A stretch of DNA of 64,000 nucleotides from Longimicrobiales bacterium (GCA_965219445.1 CBDCNQ010000005.1:544001-608000), one strand, 5' to 3'; counted from the stretch's first letter, positions 53,120-62,698 are shown. Translations and numbers: made by a program. Notes: a model not told the origin generated them from the sequence alone.

Positions 53120-54130
53120 TCAGCCTCCGGGGACTGGGGGGCGGGCCGGGTTCGCGGCAGCGCTGAGGCGTCCGCCGCCGCGCACCACGAGCGCCATCAT
53201 GCCCGACCCGACGGATCCGGACCCGGAGACGAGCATCGCGGCGAGCTCGCCCACCTTCATGCCGGCCATCAGGCCGGAGACGACGAGCGGTAGGAGGACG
53301 ACGACCCACAGCCCCAGCTCCGCGGGGTCGGAGGAGCCGGTGCCCATCAAGGCGCCGGTGTAGGTCGTGACGTAGCCCATGCCCACGCCCATGAACACAC
53401 GGAGAATGGCTCCCGCCACGACGCCGTAGAGTGTGTAGACGATGAGCGTGCGGAACCATCCCCAGAACAGGAACGCGAGCGGCTCGAACAGCAGCCAGGG
53501 GATGAACACGGGGCCGAGCAGGATCACGATCGCGAGCGCCACCTGCGCCCAGATCACCTGCGCGTAGGTCAGGCAGAAGAGCGCGACGAGGCCGAGCACG
53601 AGCGGCACGCCCATCATCAGCGCGACGAGGGACGAGAAGAACACGCTCACGCCCTCGGTCATGAGGGTCATCAGGCTCCCGCCCGACCATGCCGCGCCGA
53701 GCCGTGCGGCGAACGCCTGCACCAGCGCGGTCATCTCCGTGTAGCCGACGGACACGACGTCGGAGATGAACAGGTTCTGGAGCCAGATCCCTCCGGCCGC
53801 CACCATGGCCGGGAACGTGAAGCCCACGCCCGGGATCGGGACGCTGTAGTAATGGAGCAGCGTCCGGGGGATCGCGATCCCGAGCACGACACGCACGAGG
53901 GCCCAGGGCTCGAAGGTTCCGCTGAACGCGATCTTGAGGCCGCTCCATGCGACGACGATCGCCGCGAGACCGCCCCACAGCTGGTGGCCGAGCGTCAGCA
54001 CGTCGGGCGCGGCGCCGCCGACCACGGTATCTAGCACGACGTCGAGGAACCCCTTGAAGTCCTGGAGCTGATCCGCCGGGATCTGGGCCGGGACGTTCGG
54101 ATCGATCGACTGCGGGGGAGGAAGCTGCAT
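53120..54130 (-). CDS. VirB6/TrbL-like protein
   Basis: Polytopic; ILLGPVFIPWLLF..LFWGWFR. Confidence 0.85.
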   Translation of the reverse strand: MQLPPPQSIDPNVPAQIPADQLQDFKGFLDVVLDTVVGGAAPDVLTLGHQLWGGLAAIVVAWSGLKIAFSGTFEPWALVRVVLGIAIPRTLLHYYSVPIPGVGFTFPAMVAAGGIWLQNLFISDVVSVGYTEMTALVQAFAARLGAAWSGGSLMTLMTEGVSVFFSSLVALMMGVPLVLGLVALFCLTYAQVIWAQVALAIVILLGPVFIPWLLFEPLAFLFWGWFRTLIVYTLYGVVAGAILRVFMGVGMGYVTTYTGALMGTGSSDPAELGLWVVVLLPLVVSGLMAGMKVGELAAMLVSGSGSVGSGMMALVVRGGGRLSAAANPARPPVPGG

Positions 54131-54148
54131 GGCTGTCGCTCCCGGGGC

Positions 54149-54440
54149 CTATGCTTGGCCGCCCATATAGAACGACGGGACCTTGAACAGGAGCCCCTCC
54201 CGGAGCCGGTCGCGGTTCTGCAGCGCGGCCGTGCGCATCGCATCGGCCATCGCGTTCGTACGGAGCCGCGCGTCCCTCCACTCGGCGAGCCGCTCGAGCC
54301 GGTCGATCTCGGCCTGCTGCATCCGGTTCGCCTGCTCGACCGCCTGATAGGCGAGCACCTGCGCCACGGCGGCGTTGATCCGGCCCTGGGTCAGCGCGGC
54401 CGCGACCTGCGCCTGCTGGAGTGCCGTGTTGGACAGATTG
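54149..54440 (-). pseudogene. VirB5/TrbJ-like C-terminal fragment
   Basis: NLSNTALQQAQVAAALTQG...QVLAYQ upstream of virB6; 5' part replaced by an integrase end. Confidence 0.55.
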
Positions 54441-54618
54441 CCGTTTTGCGTCGATTGACGTCCGATGACGTTCCGTAATGTCCAGATAAGCGGTGGTAAC
54501 TAATGGTTTAAGAGATTTCCATACTCCAGATCGATCCGCTCCCACCCCTTGACAGCCGCGACGATTATGGGGCATTATTCCGGGGCATATCTCTGTTACC
54601 GTCAACCGATGCCCCCAC

Positions 54619-55905
54619 ATGCCCCTGACCGACACCGCCATTCGGAAGGCCAAGCCTCGCGAGAAGCCCCGCAAGCTCTACGACAGCCGCGGCCTCTACC
54701 TCGAAATCGCCCCGCGCGGCACCAAGGCTTGGCGCTTCAAGTACCGCTTCGCCGAGAAGGAGAAGCGGATCTCCATGGGCATCTATCCCGAGGTCTCACT
54801 GAAGCTCGCCCGGCGGCGGAGGGACGAGGCCCGCAAGCTTCTGGCACGGGACATCGACCCGAGCGCCTACCGCAAGGCCCAGAAGCAGTCGAGGCGACAG
54901 TGGGCCAGGAACAGCTTCGAGGCGGTGGCCTCCGAATGGCTCGCCAAGCACTCGCCCAACTGGTCCACGGGTTGGGTTCGGCGGCTCGAGAGCGAGCTTG
55001 TGCGGGAGGTCTTCCCCTACATCGGCGCGAGTCCGGTCGCCCAACTCACGGCGCCGGACCTGCTGGCCGTGGTCCGCCGTGTCGAGGCACGCGGCCACCT
55101 GAGGAAGGCGCACACCGTCTTCCAGGTCTGCGGGAGGGTCCTGCGCTACGCGGTGGCGACGGGACGTGCAGAGCGGGACGTGTCGTCGGACCTGCGCGGG
55201 GCGCTGCCACCCGTCAAGACGAAGCACTTCGCGGCGATCACCGACCCGATGGAGGTCGGTCCGTTGCTCCGGCAGTTAGACGGCTACTCCGGGACGCTGC
55301 CCGTTCGATGCGTGCTCCGTCTCGCACCGCTGGTGTTCGTACGCCTCGGCGAGTTGGTCACGGCGGAGTGGGTCGGCATCGACCTTGAGGGGGCCGAGTG
55401 GCGCTACACGGTGACGAAGACCGGCAGGCCGCACGTAGTGCCCTTGGCGCGTCAGGCGGTCGCGATCCTGCGCGAGGTTCATCCCATGACGGGGCACCAC
55501 CGCTACGTCTTTCCGAACGCGCGTTTTCCATACCGGGAGCTGCCGATGAGCCGTGGCACGCTCTGGAGCGCGTTCCGGGCGTTGGACATCCCGCGGGACC
55601 GGATGACGATGCACGGGTTCCGGGCGATGGCGCGCACCATTCTGGACGAGGTGCTCGGCTTCCGGCCCGACTTCATCGAGCACCAGCTGGCACACGCGGT
55701 CAGGGATCCCAACGGCCGGGCCTACAACCGGACGGCGTTCCTGCCCGAGCGGCGCGTGATGATGCAGGCGTGGGCCGACTATCTGGACCAGCTTCGGGTC
55801 GGGGAGGAGATCGAGCCGGGGACTCACGGCGCCGGGGCCGCCCGCATCCCTACGGCCCTGGGAATCCGGAACGCCAACTCAGGGCTCGCCCTTCCCGGCA
55901 GCTGA
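54619..55905 (+). CDS. P4-like tyrosine integrase, paralogue of 19495..20877
   Basis: Same motifs; GGGGCAT repeats upstream. Confidence 0.95.
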   Translation: MPLTDTAIRKAKPREKPRKLYDSRGLYLEIAPRGTKAWRFKYRFAEKEKRISMGIYPEVSLKLARRRRDEARKLLARDIDPSAYRKAQKQSRRQWARNSFEAVASEWLAKHSPNWSTGWVRRLESELVREVFPYIGASPVAQLTAPDLLAVVRRVEARGHLRKAHTVFQVCGRVLRYAVATGRAERDVSSDLRGALPPVKTKHFAAITDPMEVGPLLRQLDGYSGTLPVRCVLRLAPLVFVRLGELVTAEWVGIDLEGAEWRYTVTKTGRPHVVPLARQAVAILREVHPMTGHHRYVFPNARFPYRELPMSRGTLWSAFRALDIPRDRMTMHGFRAMARTILDEVLGFRPDFIEHQLAHAVRDPNGRAYNRTAFLPERRVMMQAWADYLDQLRVGEEIEPGTHGAGAARIPTALGIRNANSGLALPGS

Positions 55906-56323
55906 GCCGCCCCCCAAGGTCGGCGCGGTCCGCAGCGCAGCGCCCGGTCCCTTGGACGAGGGCGCAGGCCACACCGGCTCTCGGCCGCCGACGAACTGGT
56001 GATCCGCCGTCTCTTCGCGGCGCTGTACAGCCTTCCTGCAAGGACTATGGTGCGGGAGCGACCCCCGAGCGGGGGGTGGCATGGCTGTGCACATGCCAAC
56101 CCGCCGCGGTGCCGATCGGGGCACGCCGATCGGGGGGGGCGCTCCCTCTTATCCCCGAGACCCTCGGAGGCGGGTGGCCGCGCAAGCGGCCCGCCCGTAA
56201 CCGCAAGACAGTCAACGATATAAGAAAGAGCGCGTGCTTGCCGGGGAACCGCCTCCCGGCGCACACGCCCCCAATTGTCTGATGTGCGCTCCCCGATCGG
56301 CACGGACTCTCGCCGAGCAACAT

Positions 56324-56690
56324 TCATGACCACCCTCCGGGGAGGCGGGTCGAGCGCCAGGTGGCGAAGCAATCGATCGTCGCTCGGGAGCGCAGCGTGC
56401 GCTGCAGCTCCTTCAGCTCGACGATCCGCTCAAGCCCCGCCTGGAGATCCCCGTACTCGTCGAGCGTGTGGTCATCCCCCTCTAGGATGGCACGCTCGAT
56501 CCGGGTGATCTCGCGCTTGGCTGCCTGAACCGAGTCGGACGAGCTGGAGGCGTCGGATGCGCGTGCACGCACCCAGTGCTCGAGGATCATCCGGCCCCGC
56601 AGCAGTGGGCCGCGCCCCACGAGTGAAGCGCCCTTTCCCTTCGCCGTCTCGTCGAGGGCGATCCATTCGGCCCGGCGTCCTGTCCAGCCG
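56324..56690 (-). pseudogene. Internally deleted family X gene
   Basis: GWTGRRAEWIAL joined to REITRIERAILEGD...WRSTRL. Confidence 0.7.
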
Positions 56691-56886
56691 ACGGCCACAC
56701 GGACGGGACGGGACGCGATCGCGGCACACATGGCGACGTGGCGGGCCGACGCGGCCGCACACGGGCACGCGCCTAGCCCGGACGCAGGTGCATGTCGGAA
56801 GACTGGGTGCCACCCGCCAGCGGGGCGACACGCGCTCACAGGCTCCCTCGACACCCGTGGCTGGTGCCTCTACAATAAGGCGGCAG

Positions 56887-57423
56887 ATGACCACCGCGCC
56901 CACGCACATGACGGCGAAGAGAACCCTTTATTTGGCGAACCCCTACGGCTTCTCCGCGCAACAGCGCGGCGGACCGTTACCCGAGCTTGTGGGGGCGCTG
57001 GAGTCGATGGGAGCCGACGTGTGGGAGCCGTTCGCCCGTAACAACCAGATTCACCGGGCGAGTGCGGGCTGGGCGTATCGGATCGGGCAGGCCGATCTGC
57101 GGGACGTGCGCGAGGCCGATGGACTGTTCGCCGTGGTCAACGGCTGTCCGCCGGATGAGGGCGTCATGGTGGAGCTTGGCCTAGCGATCGCGTGGGAGAA
57201 GCCGGTGTTCCTGTTCAGAGACGATTTTCGCCGATGCACCGACAGCGAGGTCTACCCGCTCAATCTGATGTTGTTCACCGGCCTGCCCGCGGTCGGCTGG
57301 GAAGCCGCGTGGTACGGCTCGATCGAGGAGATCGCTGATCCCGGCAAGGCGCTCGCACGCTGGTTGCGGCATGACTGGCCGCCCGGCTCGGCGTCGGCCG
57401 AGGCGGATCCGATAGAAGTATGA
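56887..57423 (+). CDS. Nucleoside 2-deoxyribosyltransferase family protein
   Basis: LYLANPYGFS, WEPF, DLRDVREAD, DEGVMVELG, NLML. Confidence 0.88.
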   Translation: MTTAPTHMTAKRTLYLANPYGFSAQQRGGPLPELVGALESMGADVWEPFARNNQIHRASAGWAYRIGQADLRDVREADGLFAVVNGCPPDEGVMVELGLAIAWEKPVFLFRDDFRRCTDSEVYPLNLMLFTGLPAVGWEAAWYGSIEEIADPGKALARWLRHDWPPGSASAEADPIEV

Positions 57424-57471
57424 CAGCGCTCACCGCCAGGCAGAGCGCGGCGCACACAACGAAGAGGCCTT

Positions 57472-57807
57472 ATGGCGCTGTATTATAACTTCGCGTTCGC
57501 TGCCAAGGAGGAGCAGCCCATCTGGATGGTCAAACTCCTTGTGGAGGGCATGAAGCAGCAACTCCGATCCCTGTACCCAGGCGGAAGAGGATACCCCAGA
57601 GAACAGGCCGAGAGCAAGGCCTTCACATGTCTCTGGAACAACCTCGGTTTTCGCGCCCCCATCCGCGTGGTCGTCGACTTCAGCCGTCTCGATTTCATCA
57701 GCAGCGCGGGCATGCGGGTGCTCCTCATCGCCGCCAAGGCGCTGAAGGCGACAGTTTGGCCGGGGAAAAGAGGACGGTGGCCAACCGCCCTTGCCGTGGT
57801 TACTTGA
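57472..57807 (+). pseudogene. ORF with partial STAS (anti-sigma antagonist) domain
   Basis: VVVDFSRLDFISSAGMRVLL. Confidence 0.55.
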
Positions 57808-57920
57808 GAGTTGCCAAGTCCACTCAAGCCACGAGGGAAAGATGACCACCGTCCAGAAGGAGAAGATGGCGCGTCGGAAGCTGAGCCTGCTACGTCTGGC
57901 TCAGGAGCTGGGGAAACGAG
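57806..57920 (+). mobile_element. IS481-like left-end remnant
   Basis: MTTVQKEKMARRKLSLLRLAQELG from 57842. Confidence 0.55.
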
Positions 57921-58070
57921 TTGCTGCTCAAGGGAATCCAGGTGAGCTCGACGGGCGTGTGGGGAGCTGTTTCGGCAATCGAAGAACAAGGGAGAGAGTC
58001 AGGATATATCGTCAGAGTCTAGCCTTGACGGTGTGGACTCTATGTTGTCCGTTAAGAAGAGGAGCATGAC

Positions 58071-59015
58071 ATGAATCGGCTCATATCTGTTGTCTCGTGC
58101 TTTTTGGTCTCATTGATGCTTCCGTGTGTATCGGAGGCCCAACAGCTATACGTGAGTACTGAGTCGGGCCTTGGGATCGGAAATTCCTTGGGTACCCTAG
58201 GTAGCGATACTGATTTTCCAACTCTCTGCGACAGGCACCTGGATCCCGCCAACCACTTCTCGCCACCGGGAATTACTGAGCCCGGAGAATGCTCGTCCGC
58301 AGCGTCCACTTGGATCAACAGCTTCGGTAGTTCAACCGGAATAATCTCCGGCGTCGCTCTGGGTTTTAAGACCGACATCGGGGCAAGAATTGAAGTGGAA
58401 TATTTTCGGTCTGGCATGCAGTACAATGCGACCTCAGTGCTCGGTGGAGGAGGAGCGGACGTTCAGGACAAATCGGACCAGGAACTCGTCCGCGGGGAGG
58501 AACGCATAGGAAGTGTCAACATAAACAGTTTGGTCGGTAACATCTACTATGACCTGCCGGTTTCCGGACAACTCCGTCCATATGTCGGAGGCGGCGTGGG
58601 TCTCGGCATGGCCGGCCTAGACTATGCCGGATTCTTTTCGCGAAACCTAGACCCTGACGCCATCAAGACGGCGGACGAAGCTACCTACAACGGCAGAGGC
58701 AACGAAGCGGTCGACCGCCAGGCTCTGCATGAGAGAATCGCTGGTACGACCACAACGGCCAGTCACACGCTTCACGATACAATATTGGGCTACCAAGCAA
58801 TGGTGGGAGTGGACTATATGCTGACCGACGACGCTTCTATCGGAGTCAAGGGACGCTGGATCAAGCACGCCAAGTTTAGTGACAGTAACGAATGGGATCA
58901 GTTGCGCAGTCATAGCTCTGACAATGGCTCGGGAACTAACGCCGTCGTCTATACCATTGAGACCGAGGACTTGAGCTCGATTGGTGTCACTCTGGTTATG
59001 AAATACGCGTTCTGA
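58071..59015 (+). CDS. Outer-membrane beta-barrel protein
   Basis: Signal peptide, RIEVEY, NIYYDL, PYVGGGVG, GYQAMVGVDY, terminal KYAF. Confidence 0.8.
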   Translation: MNRLISVVSCFLVSLMLPCVSEAQQLYVSTESGLGIGNSLGTLGSDTDFPTLCDRHLDPANHFSPPGITEPGECSSAASTWINSFGSSTGIISGVALGFKTDIGARIEVEYFRSGMQYNATSVLGGGGADVQDKSDQELVRGEERIGSVNINSLVGNIYYDLPVSGQLRPYVGGGVGLGMAGLDYAGFFSRNLDPDAIKTADEATYNGRGNEAVDRQALHERIAGTTTTASHTLHDTILGYQAMVGVDYMLTDDASIGVKGRWIKHAKFSDSNEWDQLRSHSSDNGSGTNAVVYTIETEDLSSIGVTLVMKYAF

Positions 59016-59436
59016 TTTTCGGGGCAGGTCAATACGCGACATCGCACGACCCATAGATCCCGAGGATCCCACGAGGGTGCTTTTTCGGCTTGGCCAAGCT
59101 TAGACGCGAGCGGCATAGACAGGATCGTGTCCACCGCGCTGGGGGTAGCCGCCGATGCTCGCCAGCAGGACCTGCGGTGGTAGGGGCATGGGCGAGCGGC
59201 TAGGCGCATCTCGATCCGGTGGGAGTTACCCCACGTGCAGGACCCACTCTTTTCCGGCAGCGCAAGGCCGTCGCACAGCACATGGACGTTATAGTATGGG
59301 GGAGTCAGGCGAGGTCGGTCAGCCTGCCTGGCTGGGACGTTGGGGCGGGAGCGGATCGCCGACATGTCGGAGATTGCGCAACCCGCCGATGAATCTCACG
59401 ATCGCGGATATGATGTCATCCTCCACATTCCTTCGA

Positions 59437-61071
59437 ATGCCGACACCCTATCAAAATGTTGTTGACCAGCTCGATCTAGCCGCCGCATTGACTAATGGAT
59501 CGGAAAGAAACGATCTGCTGCTGCCGCGAGCTGAGGACAAGGTAGGCGGGGAGGTTGGCAACAGGTTTCTTCAGGCTCTGATACGCGACCTCGAACGCGG
59601 GAGATATGATCCGGCTCCTGCATATACCGTCAGGGTGCCGAAATCCACATCTGCGACGCGTCCCGCGGCCCTACTGACGCTCAACGACCGAGTCGTCTAT
59701 GCAGCCTTGGTGGCTACGCTACGTTCGCGGATCGACAGTTACCTTCTCGGCGAAGAAATCGTCTTCTGGCCCCGAGGTCTACAGCGTAACAAGAGCTGGC
59801 TCAAGTTCGAGCACTCGCCGCTCACCGATTCATGCAAGTATGTGGTCCTCGCTGACGTCTCGGGCTTCTACGAATCGGTGGACCATAGGCGCTTGGCCGA
59901 GCGATTGATCCGAGCCACTGGCAAGCGAGCTGAAGTCGAGGCGCTATCCCATTTCCTGACGAGAGTGATGGGCGGCTCCCGTGGCCTACCTCAGGGGCTC
60001 GATGCTTCAGACCCGCTCGCCACAGCTTATCTAGCAGAGCTGGATTTGGCGATGATACGTAATGGATTCGCTTACACGCGACATGGGGACGACTTCCGCG
60101 TCGCGATGAAAGGCTATGACGATGCTCGCGGTGCCTTATACACCCTTGAAGCATGCGTGCGGAGCGCGGGCCTGCTCCTAAGTGGACACAAGACGAGAGT
60201 GCTGAAGGCATCAACCTATAAGGATGCCGTCCAGTCAATTGAGAAGTCGATTGCCGATGTGCGAAGCAAGGTCCTCAGCAAGAAACTCGCAACGCTAGAG
60301 GATGATCCGGATGCGCTAGACACGGCCATCGATCTTGCTGACATGGAACAGCTCGGGTGGGATTTCTTCTATCATGGGAACGTGTCATTGCAGGAAGTTA
60401 TTGACCAGTTGCGGCCGTCACTCGAGCCGAATGCGGTCGAGATTGCCGAGGACCTTTTCGCAGAAACGTGGGAGCGGAGACCCGGTAAACCCAACGCTCT
60501 TGCTAGCGATGCCTTTCATCAGAGGATTGTCGCTTCATTGGTCAGGTTGGCAGCGGGGCGCTCTCCCAAAGCGCTGGGGGCAGCAGGCGATATCCTCATT
60601 TCATATCCCGAGAAATCGGAGGTTGTATGCTCGTATCTCCTCGCGCTGGCGGGAACAGAACCCAAGAAGGTCGCCGCGCAGGCGAGCAAGACCTTGAAAG
60701 CCGGGCGGTTCCGCACGGAGTGGGAGGTGGCGTGGGCTGCCCGGGTCTTAACCTCCGTTGCGGATCAGTTGCCGGAGTGGGTCGTCTCGCAACTGGAGGC
60801 GCTGACCACGTCACCTTTCGATTCGTGGCTCGCAGCAACCGAGGTAGCCAAGCTTCTGAGTGCCCAAGGGGAGCTGAGTCGTGAGGCGTTTATGCTCCTC
60901 TGGAATGCCTGCCCCGTTGTCTTTCGGGCGGACCTCGTCGTAGCGGCGAACAGTCTCTCCACGAATGCAGAATGGGCGAGGGTCTTCCTGTCTGCGGTCA
61001 AGGATGATCGTATTCATCAGGTGATACTAGGTCAGTTGCAGCAACAGGGTACCCAGCCTGCGACCTCCTAG
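59437..61071 (+). CDS. Stand-alone reverse transcriptase (UG/Abi/DRT-like) with HGDD motif and helical C-terminus; start could be 59410 or 59389
   Basis: VPK...RP...DRVVY, ADVSGFYESVDH, GLPQG..S..LA..YL..LD, YTRHGDD, KT. Confidence 0.88.
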   Translation: MPTPYQNVVDQLDLAAALTNGSERNDLLLPRAEDKVGGEVGNRFLQALIRDLERGRYDPAPAYTVRVPKSTSATRPAALLTLNDRVVYAALVATLRSRIDSYLLGEEIVFWPRGLQRNKSWLKFEHSPLTDSCKYVVLADVSGFYESVDHRRLAERLIRATGKRAEVEALSHFLTRVMGGSRGLPQGLDASDPLATAYLAELDLAMIRNGFAYTRHGDDFRVAMKGYDDARGALYTLEACVRSAGLLLSGHKTRVLKASTYKDAVQSIEKSIADVRSKVLSKKLATLEDDPDALDTAIDLADMEQLGWDFFYHGNVSLQEVIDQLRPSLEPNAVEIAEDLFAETWERRPGKPNALASDAFHQRIVASLVRLAAGRSPKALGAAGDILISYPEKSEVVCSYLLALAGTEPKKVAAQASKTLKAGRFRTEWEVAWAARVLTSVADQLPEWVVSQLEALTTSPFDSWLAATEVAKLLSAQGELSREAFMLLWNACPVVFRADLVVAANSLSTNAEWARVFLSAVKDDRIHQVILGQLQQQGTQPATS

Positions 61072-61840
61072 GAAAGCAGCCTAGTTATCCGAAACCCCTC
61101 GCTCCACCACGGTAGGAGTCCATATTTTTGGTACATGAATCCCAACTAGAGTCCGAGCATGGATCGAGCTGAGGCTCTTGCCGTCGTTGACCGGGCCCTG
61201 AGCAAGTTCCCGGAATTGCGCCGTGTGCGGTGTGGGTCTCCTGTCCATGTGTCGTGGGTGCAGACTACAACCATGGATCTTAGCTGGCGAGCTCGGCGGC
61301 CCGGGGATCGTCAATGCGCACGTTCGTCGAACCTGAGCCGACGATGGCGATTAAGACAGCAGTGCCGACACTCGACGCTCGGCTCGGCTGGCAGCCGAGT
61401 TAAACCGTCCACGAAACTGGATCAAGCCCAGAAGGTGCTGCGCGCCTCCGCCGATTGCGCCACGGCCCTCTTAGACTTGCCACTTGCGCCAGCTCCAATC
61501 GACTATCAGTCTCCGATGGACTTCAAGCGAAGCCGTGACGAGGCAGAATGAGGCCGCCTTCTACTCCACCGCTTCACGGCGGAAGCTTTGGCTCCCCGTT
61601 GCTACGCGAGGAGCCAAGACCAGCTCGGCCTTGCCAGCGCAGCCGCCGTGGTGGGGATGAGCCATGTGCTCGTCGCCATGAATCTGCCACGCGGAGGCGG
61701 GCCATTTCCTGGGCTACCCCCCGCGTGGGGCGATTGGAATCTTCCGTTACCGGCTCGATAGTGTGGGATCCGTTGATCGGGGTCCTTGGGAGGCGGTATC
61801 CTCAAATGAAGGCCATCGGACTCAACTGGAGGTGACTCAA

Positions 61841-62698
61841 ATGCCTTTGTCCTGGCAGTTACATGCCTTCGGAGCCACGCTTGCGATCTGCACCCTGCTC
61901 GGCGGAGCGGAACAAGGTGCGGGTCAACAGCCGGGGTCTTACGGGTGGTACGTGAGCGCGAGCGGCGGGACGAACTGGAATCCCGTCATGAAGCAGGCGG
62001 GCCATAACCGGGACAATATCTGTTACCCGAATGACCTTTGCAGCGGCACGCCCGATGGCTACCGCTGGTTTTACGACCTTCCCTCGGATCTCGGTACTGC
62101 TTTTGAAGTCGCCGTCGGTCGAAATTTCGGCGACGTGCGCGTGGAGGTGTCGGTCTCCCAGCGATCGAACAACGTCGAGCAAGAGTTCACCGACATTACC
62201 TTTCTGGATGGATCTCCGATCCTGCCTAACGAAGACAGCAACTATACGTCGGCCAACACAACCAGGGTCGATGCTCTGGGTGCGCGCACGCTGTCCCTGA
62301 ACGCCTATCACGACTTCGCGTTCGCAGAAAGCCGGGTCATGCTTTACCTGGGCGCCGGACTGGGCCTGTCCTTCATCGAATTGTCCGGGCTGTATTTCAG
62401 CAGCGAATATTCCTGCATCAATCCGCCGTGCGACGGTCGTCCCGCGGCGGAGTACAACAGTCTGCAGGACGTTGATCTGTCCGACAGCGGGCTTGCGAAG
62501 CAGCTCTTTGCCGGTGCCGACTATCGTTTGGGCGACAAGCTCCTGCTCGGCCTGAAGGCGTCCTACAGCTGGGTCCACGACCTTGTGGACACGAGTCCTT
62601 ACGAGGTGCATCCGTTTCCTATAATGAACGACACTGAAATCAGTGGCATCAATCCCTGGTCGATGATGCTCGGCTTCAAGTACCTGCTCGGCGAGTGA
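61841..62698 (+). CDS. Outer-membrane beta-barrel protein, copy 2
   Basis: Near-identical to 16558..17415. Confidence 0.75.
   Translation: MPLSWQLHAFGATLAICTLLGGAEQGAGQQPGSYGWYVSASGGTNWNPVMKQAGHNRDNICYPNDLCSGTPDGYRWFYDLPSDLGTAFEVAVGRNFGDVRVEVSVSQRSNNVEQEFTDITFLDGSPILPNEDSNYTSANTTRVDALGARTLSLNAYHDFAFAESRVMLYLGAGLGLSFIELSGLYFSSEYSCINPPCDGRPAAEYNSLQDVDLSDSGLAKQLFAGADYRLGDKLLLGLKASYSWVHDLVDTSPYEVHPFPIMNDTEISGINPWSMMLGFKYLLGE

Noticed and set aside
59016..61071. Retron or group II intron
   Set aside because: No NAxxH or VTG motifs, no clear a1/a2 repeats, no domain V-like hairpin or maturase domain seen.
61159..61551. Partner/effector gene downstream of the RT
   Set aside because: No recognisable domain and looks like a degraded chimera; cannot be supported without a homology search.
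59155..62698. Diversity-generating retroelement (RT plus variable barrel copies)
   Set aside because: Differences between barrel copies are not adenine-specific (G/C, A/T, C/T, C/G), and no template repeat or avd-like gene is visible.
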